DNA of 64,000 nt from an uncultured Candidatus Saccharibacteria bacterium (GCA_964512835.1 CAZELA010000001.1:169372-233371), one strand, 5' to 3'; positions 10,025-19,514 are shown, counted from the first letter of the stretch. Notes: generated by a model not told the origin, from the letters alone. Program-made: numbers and translations.

Positions 10025-11764
10025 ATGGCTCTACCTATGGCCTCTGACACCGTACAGCAAATCAAAGACCGACTATCGATCGTCGACGTGGTCTCGCAGT
10101 ACGTAAAGCTGGAGCGTGCGGGCGCGAGCACCCGTGCCCGCTGCCCGTTCCATGCGGAGCGCACGCCCAGCTTCCACGTATCTCCCGAACGCGGTACGTA
10201 TCACTGCTTCGGCTGCGGCGAAGGCGGCGACATATTTTCGTTTATCGAAAAGATCGAAGGGCTCGATTTCAAAGGAGCACTCAAGGTGCTCGCCGAAAAG
10301 GCGGGGGTAGAGATTGAGTACGAAAAGCCAGAGCAGAAAGACGCGCGCGACCGCATGTTTGAGCTCCTCGAAGCTGCGACCATTTTCTATACATCGCGCC
10401 TGACCGACGAGGCCACCAAATACCTGAAAGACCGCGGGCTCACCGACGGCACGATCAATCAGTTCCGCGTCGGTTGGGCGGGGGATTCGTGGAGCGCAGC
10501 GTCGGAGTTTTTTAAGTCGAAAAAGTTCAACGACAACGAAATAGTGGAGGCCGGTCTCGCCAAAAAGAGTGAGCGCGGGGGACTGACCGACAAGTTTCGC
10601 AACCGCATCATGTTCCCCATCGGCGACCCTGCGGGGCGCATCGTCGGATTCTCGGGCCGCATATTCGGCGACAAGGCGTCGCCCGAGGCCCCGAAATATC
10701 TCAACTCGCCGGAGACGCCGCTGTTCCACAAATCGCGCATTCTCTACGGATTCGACAAGGCCAAGCAGAGTATTCGCAAACATAATTTTGCGATCCTTGT
10801 AGAAGGACAGATGGATCTCTTGATGTCGCACGAAGCGGGATGGGGCAACACTGTTGCGGTATCAGGCACTGCATTTACGCCCGAGCACGTGACGCTCATC
10901 AAGCGCATGACCGAGAATCTGGTGATCGCACTCGATGCGGACCAGGCAGGTATCAAGGCGGCGGGCAAGGCGGCACGTGTGGCACTCCAGGGCGGAATGA
11001 ATGTAAAAGTCGCACAGCTACCGGCGGGGAGCGACCCTGCGGATCTGATATTGAAAGAAGGCGTGGAGGCTTGGCGCGCCGCGATTCGCGACAGCAAGGA
11101 CATCATTACGTTTTTGCTCGACGTGCTGTACACGCACGCACCGGAGCGCGACAAGTTTCGCCGCAATGTAGAAGCGGTGGTATTGCCGTACCTGGCCGAC
11201 GTGCAATCACCGATCGCGCGCGAGCAATACGTGCGCGAAATCGCTCGCCGACTCAATGTATCGGAGGGTGCCGTGATGGATACGTTTAACAACGTGCCGC
11301 GCGTGCCTGCGCACGCAGGTGCACGCGTGCCCGATGCGACGCATACCGAGATGCCGGTCGCGGATCGCACGCAATTGTCCGACAAAGTGCGTCAGGCGTT
11401 TGCGCTTTTGGTGTGGCAGGAGAGTATGCCGGCGCGCGCGATTGATACGAATCGTTTTGAAATGGATCTGCGCGACGCACTCGGAGAATCGGTACTCAAT
11501 GACCTGCGCGGTATGCCGCAGGCAGACCAAGAAGCCATGCGGTTTCTGGCGGCGGAGATGTTTCGCACCGTGAGCCAGCTGGATCGCGAGGCGGCGCAGA
11601 TCGTGAACGCGCTTTTGCGCCAGCGACTCCAGGCAGAAATCGCTGCGCTTACGGTGGAAATCAGGGATGCCGAGGCCCGCAAGGACGACGCTGCCGTGGA
11701 AAAGTCGTTTGAGATCCTCAACAAGCTGCGGGAGCGACTTGCGCAGGTTTCCGCACAGGTATAA
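10025..11764 (+). CDS. dnaG: DNA primase
   Basis: Zinc ribbon CPFHAERTPSFHV..YHCFGCGEGGD. TOPRIM domain (ILVEGQMDLL, IALDADQAGIKAA). Confidence 0.9.
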   Translation: MALPMASDTVQQIKDRLSIVDVVSQYVKLERAGASTRARCPFHAERTPSFHVSPERGTYHCFGCGEGGDIFSFIEKIEGLDFKGALKVLAEKAGVEIEYEKPEQKDARDRMFELLEAATIFYTSRLTDEATKYLKDRGLTDGTINQFRVGWAGDSWSAASEFFKSKKFNDNEIVEAGLAKKSERGGLTDKFRNRIMFPIGDPAGRIVGFSGRIFGDKASPEAPKYLNSPETPLFHKSRILYGFDKAKQSIRKHNFAILVEGQMDLLMSHEAGWGNTVAVSGTAFTPEHVTLIKRMTENLVIALDADQAGIKAAGKAARVALQGGMNVKVAQLPAGSDPADLILKEGVEAWRAAIRDSKDIITFLLDVLYTHAPERDKFRRNVEAVVLPYLADVQSPIAREQYVREIARRLNVSEGAVMDTFNNVPRVPAHAGARVPDATHTEMPVADRTQLSDKVRQAFALLVWQESMPARAIDTNRFEMDLRDALGESVLNDLRGMPQADQEAMRFLAAEMFRTVSQLDREAAQIVNALLRQRLQAEIAALTVEIRDAEARKDDAAVEKSFEILNKLRERLAQVSAQV

Positions 11765-11924
11765 GATAGGGATGTTAGGCATAGGTAGGTAAGTACATAA
11801 GCCTAGCCATTTGAAAAAAGCAGCTTCCTGAAAGAGGGGCTGTTTCGATACGTTTGTATATATAGGAACGTATTCATCATATTTTCAGTAAAAAATTATC
11901 AGTATTCAAATAAACAAACTTCTC

Positions 11925-13238
11925 ATGGCTACATCTAAGAAGAAGACGGTAAAGAAGGCGACCAAGGCGACGACGCGTGCTGCAAAGGCCACCAAGACAA
12001 AGAAGGTGGTGAAGCGCTCCACAAAGACGAGCCGCTCCAGCGCTACCTCGCGTGCACAACGCTCTGCGCCGCGTGCTGCAAAAAAGACGGCTCCGGTACC
12101 GGAGGTAAAAGGCGGCAAGGTAAAAAAGCAGGTGCTTGCGGGTGCGAAGTTTGAAATGAAGGGCAAGTCTGCCGCAAAGGTAGAATCGCTCATCAAGCTC
12201 GGCCGCGAACGCGGATACATTACGTTTGACGAAATCCTCCGCGAATTTCCGACCGTCGAGGATGACATGACGTTGCTCGAAGACATGTACGAGCGATTTT
12301 CGACTGCCGGCATCGACGTGCTCGAAGGCGGCGGCATGCTCGAAGACACGAGCGCTGATTCCATCCTCGCATCCAAGAAACTCCAGAACCGCCGCTCTGA
12401 TGCATCGTACGATTCCGTGCAGATGTACCTCCGCGAGATCGGTCAGTATCCGCTCCTTAATGGTGAGCAGGAGAAAGACCTCGCAAAGCGAATCCTGGTC
12501 GGCGACGACGAGGCTCGCTCTATTTTGGCGCGCTCCAACCTGCGCCTCGTTGTTTCTATTGCGAAAAAGTATGTGAACCGATCGCCGGATCTGACCCTGC
12601 TCGACCTCATTCAGGAAGGAAACCTGGGCCTCTTTAAGGCAGTCGACAAATTCGACTACTCGAAGGGCTTTAAGTTTTCGACCTACGCTACATGGTGGAT
12701 CCGCCAGGCCATCACCCGTGCACTCGCCGACCAGTCCCGCACCATCCGAATCCCGGTGCACATGGTGGAAACTATCGCCAAGTACAAGCAGAAGGTGCGC
12801 GAACTCTCGCAGCACCTGGGCCGCGACCCGCTCCCGGAAGAAATTGCCGCAGAAATGGGTATCGAAGTCGACAAGATCTACACCATCCAGAAGATCAACC
12901 AGGACACCGTATCGCTTGAATCGCCGGTGGGTGAAGACGACGATGAGCGATCAACGCTCGGCTCGTTTATTGCCGACGACACGATCGCAGCTCCGGATCA
13001 GGACGCATCGCGCCGAATCCTCTCTGAACAGATGATGGGTATCCTCGACGAATTGTCGCCGAAGGAGCGCAAGATCCTGGAGATGCGAAACGGACTGACC
13101 GACGACGGCATTTGCTACACACTCGAAGAGGTGGGCCGAGAATTTGGCGTCACCCGCGAACGAATCCGCCAGATCGAGGCGAAGGCACTCGAACGAATCC
13201 GATTCCACGAGCGAGCGAAGCAGCTGCGAAGCTACTAA
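11925..13238 (+). CDS. sigA: Primary RNA polymerase sigma factor (sigma-70 family) with a Lys/Ala/Thr-rich N-terminal extension
   Basis: Regions 1.2-4 are present ([64 protein letters not shown]). The N-terminal ~70 aa is a histone-H1-like [23 protein letters not shown] tail. The upstream intergenic region is AT-rich. Confidence 0.9.
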   Translation: MATSKKKTVKKATKATTRAAKATKTKKVVKRSTKTSRSSATSRAQRSAPRAAKKTAPVPEVKGGKVKKQVLAGAKFEMKGKSAAKVESLIKLGRERGYITFDEILREFPTVEDDMTLLEDMYERFSTAGIDVLEGGGMLEDTSADSILASKKLQNRRSDASYDSVQMYLREIGQYPLLNGEQEKDLAKRILVGDDEARSILARSNLRLVVSIAKKYVNRSPDLTLLDLIQEGNLGLFKAVDKFDYSKGFKFSTYATWWIRQAITRALADQSRTIRIPVHMVETIAKYKQKVRELSQHLGRDPLPEEIAAEMGIEVDKIYTIQKINQDTVSLESPVGEDDDERSTLGSFIADDTIAAPDQDASRRILSEQMMGILDELSPKERKILEMRNGLTDDGICYTLEEVGREFGVTRERIRQIEAKALERIRFHERAKQLRSY

Positions 13239-13246
13239 ATAGGGAA

Positions 13247-13278
13247 ACAAAAACCGGGCCACAGGCCCGGTTTTTTTA
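13247..13278 (+). terminator. Bidirectional intrinsic terminator
   Basis: aaaaaccgggccacaggcccggttttttt. Confidence 0.7.
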
Positions 13279-14310
13279 CAAACGCGGAAAAGTTAAGATA
13301 ATTCGATTGTCCGCATATTCACTCTCGCTTGATAATCGACCCGGTTCAAAGTGGACAGCCACGTTTGTAGCGTTCAGAAGTTTCCGGGCATGATACATGC
13401 CAAGCCCATTTCCTTGCCGACCCATCGAAACCGCTCTCATTCCGGAATAGCCTTTGCGAAATATTAAATCCTCTTCGCCCGGTTCTACGCCGAGACTCTT
13501 GGTTCGCATCTGAACCTTCAAGTTGGATTCCTCAAGAAAATAATCAATATAGATTTTAGATGGACGCGCGGCGTATTTATAGAGATTATGAAAAATGGGC
13601 ATCAGCCCGCCTACAAACAATTCGTAGTCGATATTTACACCCTCGTAGCACTCTGAATGGGTAATCTGAATCTCATCCTCTTCAAAAAGACCATAGTGGA
13701 TGTAAAGTAATCCTTGTATGATCGGATGAATGGATTCATGTCCAAATGATGCTATGTGCTGCTGATCGTTCAACAAGCGGATCAATTTGAAATGAGAGCT
13801 GATTATTTTGTTATTGCGTATAAGGTTCAATACACCGCTTCGAACCTCCTCAGGTCGCGCGGCAAATATTTTGGTTAGTCGGTCGCGTTGTTCCGTCGGG
13901 GTGCCCTTTAAATCATCATCTGAAATAAGCTGAAAGATTTGTTGGATATTTTTGCCGTGGAGGTCCGGTAGGTCATGTAAGGCGCTCTCAAGAATATCTG
14001 TTCGAATGGCAGCAATGTCCTTAACCAAGCTTACGCATACGTTCGTATGCAACCTGAATACGTTCGCGCTGCGCTCCAGATCAGTGCTATTGCTAACCAT
14101 GCTGATGTGAAGGGCGTCCTTCTGAATTCTTTGATAACGGCGATTGATACCGTAGAGCTTTTTTGAACCCTGACCCACTTCCAAAAGTTTCATTTCCTCA
14201 CGCAGATCGAAATAGGGACAATTAGACGCGACGATTTCACCGTCAGAAGTAAAAACGGTGTAAAAAAGAGCCGGGTCTTTAGTCGAGTTTTCGTCTAAGG
14301 TCCTCTGCAT
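13276..14310 (-). CDS. Histidine-kinase-like ATPase domain protein (no transmembrane segment)
   Basis: C-terminal HATPase_c-like G-box RQGNGLGMYHARKLL. The gene is markedly lower in GC than its surroundings. Confidence 0.5.
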   Translation of the reverse strand: MQRTLDENSTKDPALFYTVFTSDGEIVASNCPYFDLREEMKLLEVGQGSKKLYGINRRYQRIQKDALHISMVSNSTDLERSANVFRLHTNVCVSLVKDIAAIRTDILESALHDLPDLHGKNIQQIFQLISDDDLKGTPTEQRDRLTKIFAARPEEVRSGVLNLIRNNKIISSHFKLIRLLNDQQHIASFGHESIHPIIQGLLYIHYGLFEEDEIQITHSECYEGVNIDYELFVGGLMPIFHNLYKYAARPSKIYIDYFLEESNLKVQMRTKSLGVEPGEEDLIFRKGYSGMRAVSMGRQGNGLGMYHARKLLNATNVAVHFEPGRLSSESEYADNRIILTFPRL

Positions 14311-14878
14311 ACTTTATGAAATTACGCGGCTCGTCCTCCTTGTATAGCCGACCTGCAACTCGGCTCAGTACGGGATGAGTCATGTCCTGTTTAATGTCAG
14401 ATGAATACAGAACAACTGTTTTTTTTGGGTAACGATTCAATATTTCTTCAGCTAGACCCAAACCTTGGGTGATTGGCGTAAGCTTCTTTCCCACGTTATT
14501 AATATCTACAAATACAAGATCCGCATCAACAAGGGATTGCTGCGTCATGGAGTCAAGATCTGCGACGGATGCATAGCTTATCCAGGGATATTTGTCTTTG
14601 TCGGAGAGAATTTTACCGAGACTAAAACTGCGATGCTGGTCGTCAATCACCAAAATGTTAACCACGTCTTTATTCTTAGCTGCGGGCGTAGGTGTGGTTG
14701 CTGGGAGAAGGCGGTTTGTGACATTCCGCGCGGCTTCAACAATAATTGTCTTGCAACCAATGAGTATCGCAGCTACGGCAAGAACCATCAGGAGGACTAC
14801 CGCTGTCTTAAATGGGTCCGCCATTGCAAGGGCGTATAAACTCTGAATGTCAGCGGCATTCTGGGGTGAAATACTCAT
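14279..14878 (-). CDS. Membrane-anchored receiver (REC)-like domain protein
   Basis: N-terminal transmembrane helix. VNILVIDDQ...DLVFVDIN...GLGLAEEI resembles a receiver domain. Overlaps the downstream kinase-like gene. Low GC. The GCGTAGGAT promoter motif sits directly upstream. Confidence 0.45.
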   Translation of the reverse strand: MSISPQNAADIQSLYALAMADPFKTAVVLLMVLAVAAILIGCKTIIVEAARNVTNRLLPATTPTPAAKNKDVVNILVIDDQHRSFSLGKILSDKDKYPWISYASVADLDSMTQQSLVDADLVFVDINNVGKKLTPITQGLGLAEEILNRYPKKTVVLYSSDIKQDMTHPVLSRVAGRLYKEDEPRNFIKYAEDLRRKLD

Positions 14879-14927
14879 ACGTCTGAATCCTACGCCCGAA
14901 AAAGCAGATTTGGAAGGGTATCAGAAA

Positions 14928-14954
14928 GGCCGGAATCCGCAGGGGATTCCGGCC
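14928..14954 (-). terminator. Array hairpin, family GGCCGGAATCC-N5-GGATTCCGGCC
   Basis: Perfect 11-bp stem with loop GCAGG. Downstream of the minus-strand gene 14978..15232. Confidence 0.7.
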
Positions 14955-14977
14955 TATTTTTTGAGCAGCGGGGCACG

Positions 14978-15232
14978 TTACTCCGCGCGGATCTCGATTG
15001 CGCGCAGTGCTTCGGAGCCGACTTCGACCGCGAGCACGCACACGCGAATGTTCTTCGGGAGCTTGCCGTCGCGCGTCGTGTTCATGATGGGGATTCGTCC
15101 CCGTGTATCCGGACTCACGACCGCCATTCGCATATTGCTATAGGCTTCGTCGAGTCGGATCACGCCGCTTCGTCCGTCACGGCTTACCGTGAGGATATAC
15201 CCGGGCAATTGCACGGATTGCTCAGTCGTCAT
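14978..15232 (-). CDS. Hypothetical protein (84 aa)
   Basis: CGGAGGCACC ribosome-binding site. Upstream is TTGATT-N16-ACGTAGGAT. Confidence 0.5.
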   Translation of the reverse strand: MTTEQSVQLPGYILTVSRDGRSGVIRLDEAYSNMRMAVVSPDTRGRIPIMNTTRDGKLPKNIRVCVLAVEVGSEALRAIEIRAE

Positions 15233-15293
15233 GGTGCCTCCGTTGGTTGGATTTCCTGCCGCATCCTACGTGTGTCCTGCCAAAAATCAAAAG

Positions 15294-15319
15294 GCCGGAA
15301 CTCCTTGCGGAATTCCGGC
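15294..15319 (-). terminator. Array hairpin (GCCGGAAcTCC..GGAATTCCGGC)
   Basis: Hairpin followed on the minus strand by TTTTGATTTTTGG. This run is both the T-tract and the -35 box. Confidence 0.65.
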
Positions 15320-15331
15320 AGAAACGGGGGG

Positions 15332-15553
15332 TTACCCGCTCATGATTTGTGAGGGGCTGAACTCGGGTTGATCGGGCGGAAGTGCGCCGTACGTGCGCGA
15401 GGGGACGGCCGGCATGGTAATGCCCCCGTTTGCGCAGATTTCGTTCGTAACGCGCACAACGTCGTCGGCGGTCCAGCCGTTACCGACTGTTTGTGCGATC
15501 GCGCTCGGCGATAGCTGCAAAATCGATACGAATTCCAACAGTGACTTCGTCAT
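15332..15553 (-). CDS. Hypothetical protein (73 aa)
   Basis: GGGAGAT ribosome-binding site. Upstream is TTGATT-N16-GCGTAGGAT. Confidence 0.5.
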   Translation of the reverse strand: MTKSLLEFVSILQLSPSAIAQTVGNGWTADDVVRVTNEICANGGITMPAVPSRTYGALPPDQPEFSPSQIMSG

Positions 15554-15614
15554 CCCATATCTCCCTCGATGAAAGCCAGTCCGAATCCTACGCGGGTATC
15601 GCCAAAAATCAAAA

Positions 15615-15641
15615 GGCCGGAATCCGCGGAGGATTCCGGCC
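15615..15641 (-). terminator. Array hairpin GGCCGGAATCC-GCGGA-GGATTCCGGCC
   Basis: Perfect 11-bp stem. Confidence 0.7.
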
Positions 15642-15672
15642 TTCGTTGTCGACTGGTGCCGACGTGTACAGA

Positions 15673-16029
15673 TCAGGCGACGAGCGAGACCTTGGGGATC
15701 TTGATGTCGCTCTTGTCGGTGGTGAACCGCCAGGGTTCGTTCCAGTTGGCGAATCCGTTCGAGATGAAGCGATAGGTCATATCGCGGTAGTCGATCTCGG
15801 GATTCGTCTCGCGACGGTAGGTCTCGAGCGCCTGGTCCAGTTCGGGATCGAACGTCAGCCAGTTGGCCGGGTCCTTGGTGAACTCGCGGAACGCGAAGTC
15901 GGCCCGGTCGTGGATCGTGTGATCGTCACACGAAACGGTGCCGACGAGCGCGCCGTCACAATAGAATCCGACGACCGACGTGGTCGCAGACTGTCGGGTG
16001 ATAGTTGCAGTGATCAGCCACTCGCGCAT
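15673..16029 (-). CDS. Hypothetical protein (118 aa)
   Basis: CGGAGGGCACC ribosome-binding site, then ATG. Canonical promoter TTGACA-16-TATTAT upstream. The longer 295-aa ORF in the track was trimmed to this Met. Confidence 0.5.
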   Translation of the reverse strand: MREWLITATITRQSATTSVVGFYCDGALVGTVSCDDHTIHDRADFAFREFTKDPANWLTFDPELDQALETYRRETNPEIDYRDMTYRFISNGFANWNEPWRFTTDKSDIKIPKVSLVA

Positions 16030-16160
16030 GGTGCCCTCCGTTGTTGCCCTGTGTGCCGCAAACATAATACAACTCAAACCAATTGTGTCAAATACATTGA
16101 AACAAAGGAAAGACCGGAATCTAGCGATTCCGGCCTCAAGCATGTGCAGGACTGTCGTAG

Positions 16161-16604
16161 CTATCGCGCGAGCTGCAGCTCCATCAGGTGATCCTGTGTC
16201 TCGCCGAATTGCGATAGGGTGCGGAAGCCAAAGTTGCGTCGGTAGTATTCCGGTATTTTTGCCGTGAGCAGCAGCACGTCCATATCGGGATTGGTTCGGG
16301 CGTGCGCGATGATTTTCTCGAGCAGCATCTTGCCGATGCCGCGCCGCTGGAATGCGGGATCGACGTTGACCCAGAATACGTTGCCGACGGAATAATCCAT
16401 CCACGATACGATGTACCCCGCAAAGCCGAGCAATCGCCCCTTCTCGACCACTGCAAAGTACGTGGGTCGAACGACGCTCGAGCCGGTAAACATGGCCTCG
16501 AGCTCGCGGCGTGCGAGTGCGGCGTAGTGCGGGGAATAGTTCTTGGCGACGATAGCGCACGCAGCGGCGATGTCGTCCCGGCGCAGTTTACGGATATGTG
16601 CCAT
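16161..16604 (-). CDS. GNAT family N-acetyltransferase
   Basis: Acetyl-CoA binding motif QRRGIGKMLLEKII. AAGGGA ribosome-binding site. GCGTAGGAT at 16632-16640 (plus-strand complement). Confidence 0.8.
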   Translation of the reverse strand: MAHIRKLRRDDIAAACAIVAKNYSPHYAALARRELEAMFTGSSVVRPTYFAVVEKGRLLGFAGYIVSWMDYSVGNVFWVNVDPAFQRRGIGKMLLEKIIAHARTNPDMDVLLLTAKIPEYYRRNFGFRTLSQFGETQDHLMELQLAR

Positions 16605-16673
16605 GGCGGTGTCCCTTTTTGAGCCGCGGCCATCCTACGCCCGAAAAATATTTTGTGCCAGTGCAAAACAAAA

Positions 16674-16700
16674 GGGCCGGAATCCAGGGGATTCCGGCCC
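16674..16700 (-). terminator. Array hairpin GGGCCGGAATCC-agg-GGATTCCGGCCC
   Basis: 12-bp stem. Confidence 0.7.
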
Positions 16701-16721
16701 TTGTCGTTGGGTAGGAGCAGA

Positions 16722-17291
16722 TCAGATGTCGCGGCCTGCGGGTATCCAGCAGGGGCCGATGACCGGCGGCAACTGGTTGTACCACGGGTCGGGGTCGACC
16801 TGACCATCCTTGATTTCCACCTTGTACACGCGTGCTGTCGGCTTGCTCGGATCCGAGTAAAACGAAAGCTCGTTTGTGTCGAAGTCGGCCACCAGGAACG
16901 GCATCATTTGCCGATACGGTCCGCACTTGCGGAAAAACGCGAGGCCCACGTGCTCGGTCGGGTTCTCGGCTTTGCCAAAGTAGCAGCCCTGGATGTACGG
17001 ACCTTGATCGCGGGTCGGCGTACACTTGCCGTCCTTGGTATCAAATACCATGCCCGCCGGCGGCTGCCATGGGGTAACGGCTTGCGCGCGCGCCGAGGTC
17101 GAACATACGAGAAGTCCGAATCCGATCATGATCACCGCGATGCCGACGAAGAATGCGACGGCGCCGAGGTTTTGTGCGCGGCCCCAGTTGGGGAACACGC
17201 CGTCGCGGGGAACTGCGATGGGCATGAGTCCCGTGGCCATTGCTACAAACCCAATCGTAATCAGCGCGAGCTCGATCAGAACTGAGGTCAT
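16722..17291 (-). CDS. Membrane protein with a Cys-containing extracytoplasmic domain (189 aa)
   Basis: Two N-terminal transmembrane helices. AAGGAG ribosome-binding site. GCGTAGGAT promoter upstream. Confidence 0.55.
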   Translation of the reverse strand: MTSVLIELALITIGFVAMATGLMPIAVPRDGVFPNWGRAQNLGAVAFFVGIAVIMIGFGLLVCSTSARAQAVTPWQPPAGMVFDTKDGKCTPTRDQGPYIQGCYFGKAENPTEHVGLAFFRKCGPYRQMMPFLVADFDTNELSFYSDPSKPTARVYKVEIKDGQVDPDPWYNQLPPVIGPCWIPAGRDI

Positions 17292-17367
17292 TGCCTGCTC
17301 CTTTTGTCTCTATTTGCATCCTACGCTCGTTTTATAAAAATCAAAGGCGAGTAGATACATACAAAAC

Positions 17368-17395
17368 GGCCGGGTCCCCGCTAAGGGACCCGGCC
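17368..17395 (-). terminator. Array hairpin variant GGCCGGGTCCC..GGGACCCGGCC
   Basis: 11-bp stem. Confidence 0.65.
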
Positions 17396-17424
17396 ACAAG
17401 GAAAGAACTACGACGCAATACCCG

Positions 17425-17622
17425 TCATTCCAAAACGCGATGTACCAATCGCATACCGCCCCACGCAATCAGTGCAAGTGCGGCGAGAGCCGACATTACA
17501 AAAGACACACCCCAATGGATGTAGAACGTAAACGGATACCACCGGGATGTCATTACGTAGACGAGTGTCGAAAGGTAGATAACGCTCAGGGAGGGTAAAG
17601 TCTTTTGGAGAGGCACGTTCAT
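17425..17622 (-). CDS. Small membrane protein (65 aa)
   Basis: Two transmembrane segments. GAGGAG ribosome-binding site. Promoter TTGACA-18-TAAAAT and a ~75 nt leader. Confidence 0.4.
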   Translation of the reverse strand: MNVPLQKTLPSLSVIYLSTLVYVMTSRWYPFTFYIHWGVSFVMSALAALALIAWGGMRLVHRVLE

Positions 17623-17742
17623 TACAGGAATTGGCTCCTCTGTTGTTGACGGGATTGGTCTTTCAGACCAGTTGCGTATCGTACTGCATCAAATCGAAAA
17701 CATTTTTACCTATACCTGTGGACAAATGTCAAAAAAGAAAGC

Positions 17743-17771
17743 AGCCGGAATTCCGCGAGGGAATTCCGGCT
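17743..17771 (-). terminator. Array hairpin AGCCGGAATTCC..GGAATTCCGGCT
   Basis: 12-bp stem. Confidence 0.65.
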
Positions 17772-17803
17772 GATCTTATTTGCGCAGTGGTCAGTCGCAG
17801 GGC

Positions 17804-18109
17804 TTAGCCTGCGCGGCGGATACCCGCTGCCTTGCCCGTGCTCGGCGCCGGCGTCGTGCTTGCTGCACTGAACTGCTGGCGCGGCGGGGTCATGAGCGTG
17901 ATCACATTGGTCCGCACGTACTGTTCGACCGTGAGGCCGACGGATGCGGCTCTCGCCGCGAGTGCTTCCTTGTTGGCCTGTTGCCGCGCGCGTTTGCGCG
18001 ATGCGCTTTTGGCTTGACCTGCGGTCGCGTTGGAAACAACACGGGCGGTCCTACGCAAACTAGAATGTACCGACATTTGTAGTCCTTCTGAAACTGACAT
18101 GCTGTTCAT
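17804..18109 (-). CDS. Small basic protein (101 aa)
   Basis: The GCGTATAGGAT motif lies 9 nt upstream of the first ATG, so the mRNA may be leaderless or start at a later Met. Confidence 0.35.
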   Translation of the reverse strand: MNSMSVSEGLQMSVHSSLRRTARVVSNATAGQAKSASRKRARQQANKEALAARAASVGLTVEQYVRTNVITLMTPPRQQFSAASTTPAPSTGKAAGIRRAG

Positions 18110-18153
18110 GCCTCGGCTATCCTATACGCTCGTGCTTCGATTTTCAAATGTAA

Positions 18154-18183
18154 GGGCCGGAATCCGCGAGCGGATTCCGGCCC
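18154..18183 (-). terminator. Array hairpin GGGCCGGAATCCG..CGGATTCCGGCCC
   Basis: 13-bp stem. Confidence 0.7.
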
Positions 18184-18204
18184 TACTTTGCAGTCTGAGG
18201 ATTA

Positions 18205-18528
18205 TTAGGACGCGGCTTTCGATTCTGCGATGGCCTGGGTGTTGATCTCGTCGATCACATCCGAGCTCACGACGCGTGTGCACCAGAGTGCTGTCTGCGC
18301 GGCCACGAGCTTGTAGAATGCCTGGGCAAGCTTGCCGTCGTCGAGCATTGTGCCGATCTGCTCAAGCTCATACACCGCATCGCAGGCGATCTCGATCGGG
18401 TCGAACGGTGCCATGCCGGGCGCTCGCGGATTGTTCACCAGTTTCTTCGGCTGCAGTATCGCAATGCGGCTCGTATAGGCGAGTGTGGCATGGGCGGCAA
18501 AGCGGATAGCGCGTGCGTTCAGGTCCAT
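18205..18528 (-). CDS. Hypothetical protein (107 aa)
   Basis: AGGGAGA ribosome-binding site. GCGTAGGAT at 18557-18565. Confidence 0.5.
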   Translation of the reverse strand: MDLNARAIRFAAHATLAYTSRIAILQPKKLVNNPRAPGMAPFDPIEIACDAVYELEQIGTMLDDGKLAQAFYKLVAAQTALWCTRVVSSDVIDEINTQAIAESKAAS

Positions 18529-18585
18529 GGGTAGTCTCCCTATTTTTCCGGCCTGCATCCTACGCCAATCCCATACAAAATCAAA

Positions 18586-18611
18586 AGCCGGGATCGCATG
18601 GAATCCCGGCT
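18586..18611 (-). terminator. Array hairpin AGCCGGGAT..ATCCCGGCT
   Basis: 9-bp stem. Confidence 0.6.
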
Positions 18612-18630
18612 GTCGACATCGAATGTGCTG

Positions 18631-19023
18631 TTATGGGAACGGGATTGTGTCGTGACCGTCCTGCCGCTGCCAACCCGTTTGGACGATGTGTCCCACTCCG
18701 GGAAATGGTGCAGCCTCAAATCGCGCGTTCGAAAAGTTGAGGCTGATGCGGTACCGACCGTCTTCTTCTTCCAGCCCGCGATCGTAGCCGGGCATGTAGC
18801 CGTGATATTCCTTGATGATCCCGATCGTGCCGGGCTTCGGACCAAAGGTGCGGTATTTTCCGATCTCGACGCCGTCGGCGAGAATGGTCCACGCCTTTGC
18901 GTAGTCTATGTTGTAGCTACGATCGCCAACGACCGGACCGGTCACGGTAAGCACTGCTGTGCCATACCGCGCCTTCAGGAACTCGAAAAACGTTTCGGCA
19001 CCGGGGAGTGGGGAGTCTGCCAT
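18631..19023 (-). CDS. Hypothetical protein (130 aa)
   Basis: GAGGG ribosome-binding site. AT-rich promoter with an extended -10 TGTATAGA. Confidence 0.5.
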   Translation of the reverse strand: MADSPLPGAETFFEFLKARYGTAVLTVTGPVVGDRSYNIDYAKAWTILADGVEIGKYRTFGPKPGTIGIIKEYHGYMPGYDRGLEEEDGRYRISLNFSNARFEAAPFPGVGHIVQTGWQRQDGHDTIPFP

Positions 19024-19097
19024 CGTCGTACCCTCGTTTGTTTGTGCGGTCTATACAGTGCAATATTTTACACATTGAGTCAATACCTAGCAAAAGA

Positions 19098-19121
19098 GCC
19101 GGAATCCAAGGGGATTCCGGC
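19098..19121 (-). terminator. Array hairpin GCCGGAATCC-aagg-GGATTCCGGC
   Basis: 10-bp stem. Confidence 0.65.
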
Positions 19122-19179
19122 CGTTTGTGTTGATGAGACCCGTGGTAGGGAATCTGCGGCGGAGCAGTCGTTGCGCGCG

Positions 19180-19425
19180 TCAGCTCAGTGCGTCTTGATG
19201 TACTGCATAAAATTCGTACGCGTGCCTCGGGTCTTCGATCAGCTGCTTGAACTGTTCTCCGTCCTCGACAACCGTGAGCGTCGCATTGGATTCTGCCTTG
19301 CGACAGGCACAAAGCTGTTCCCGTGGTCGCAGTAGTGTGCACATGAACTCGAAGCTCTTGATCTCGCAGCAGATGCGACGCGTGCCGTCGTGTTCTTGCT
19401 GAGTGAATTTCAACTTAACCGTCAT
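19180..19425 (-). CDS. Cys-containing hypothetical protein (81 aa)
   Basis: GAGGAA ribosome-binding site. GCGTAGGAT at 19459-19467. Cys residues at ICCEIK, MCTLL and LCAC. Confidence 0.5.
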   Translation of the reverse strand: MTVKLKFTQQEHDGTRRICCEIKSFEFMCTLLRPREQLCACRKAESNATLTVVEDGEQFKQLIEDPRHAYEFYAVHQDALS

Positions 19426-19485
19426 TACTATTCCTCACTGTGCAAATGTCAGATTCGTATCCTACGCCGTTCGCCCAAAAAATAA

Positions 19486-19514
19486 AGCCGGAATTCCACA
19501 GGGGAATCCCGGCG
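19486..19514 (-). terminator. Array hairpin, imperfect (GCCGGAATTCC..GGGAATCCCGGC)
   Basis: Imperfect inverted repeat of the same family. Confidence 0.55.

Noticed and set aside
15673-16560. 295-aa ORF spanning the GNAT gene region
   Set aside because: Its 5' two-thirds overlaps the GNAT gene in another frame and is Arg-rich. Only the 3' 118 codons (15673..16029) have a ribosome-binding site and a canonical promoter, so they were kept as the gene.
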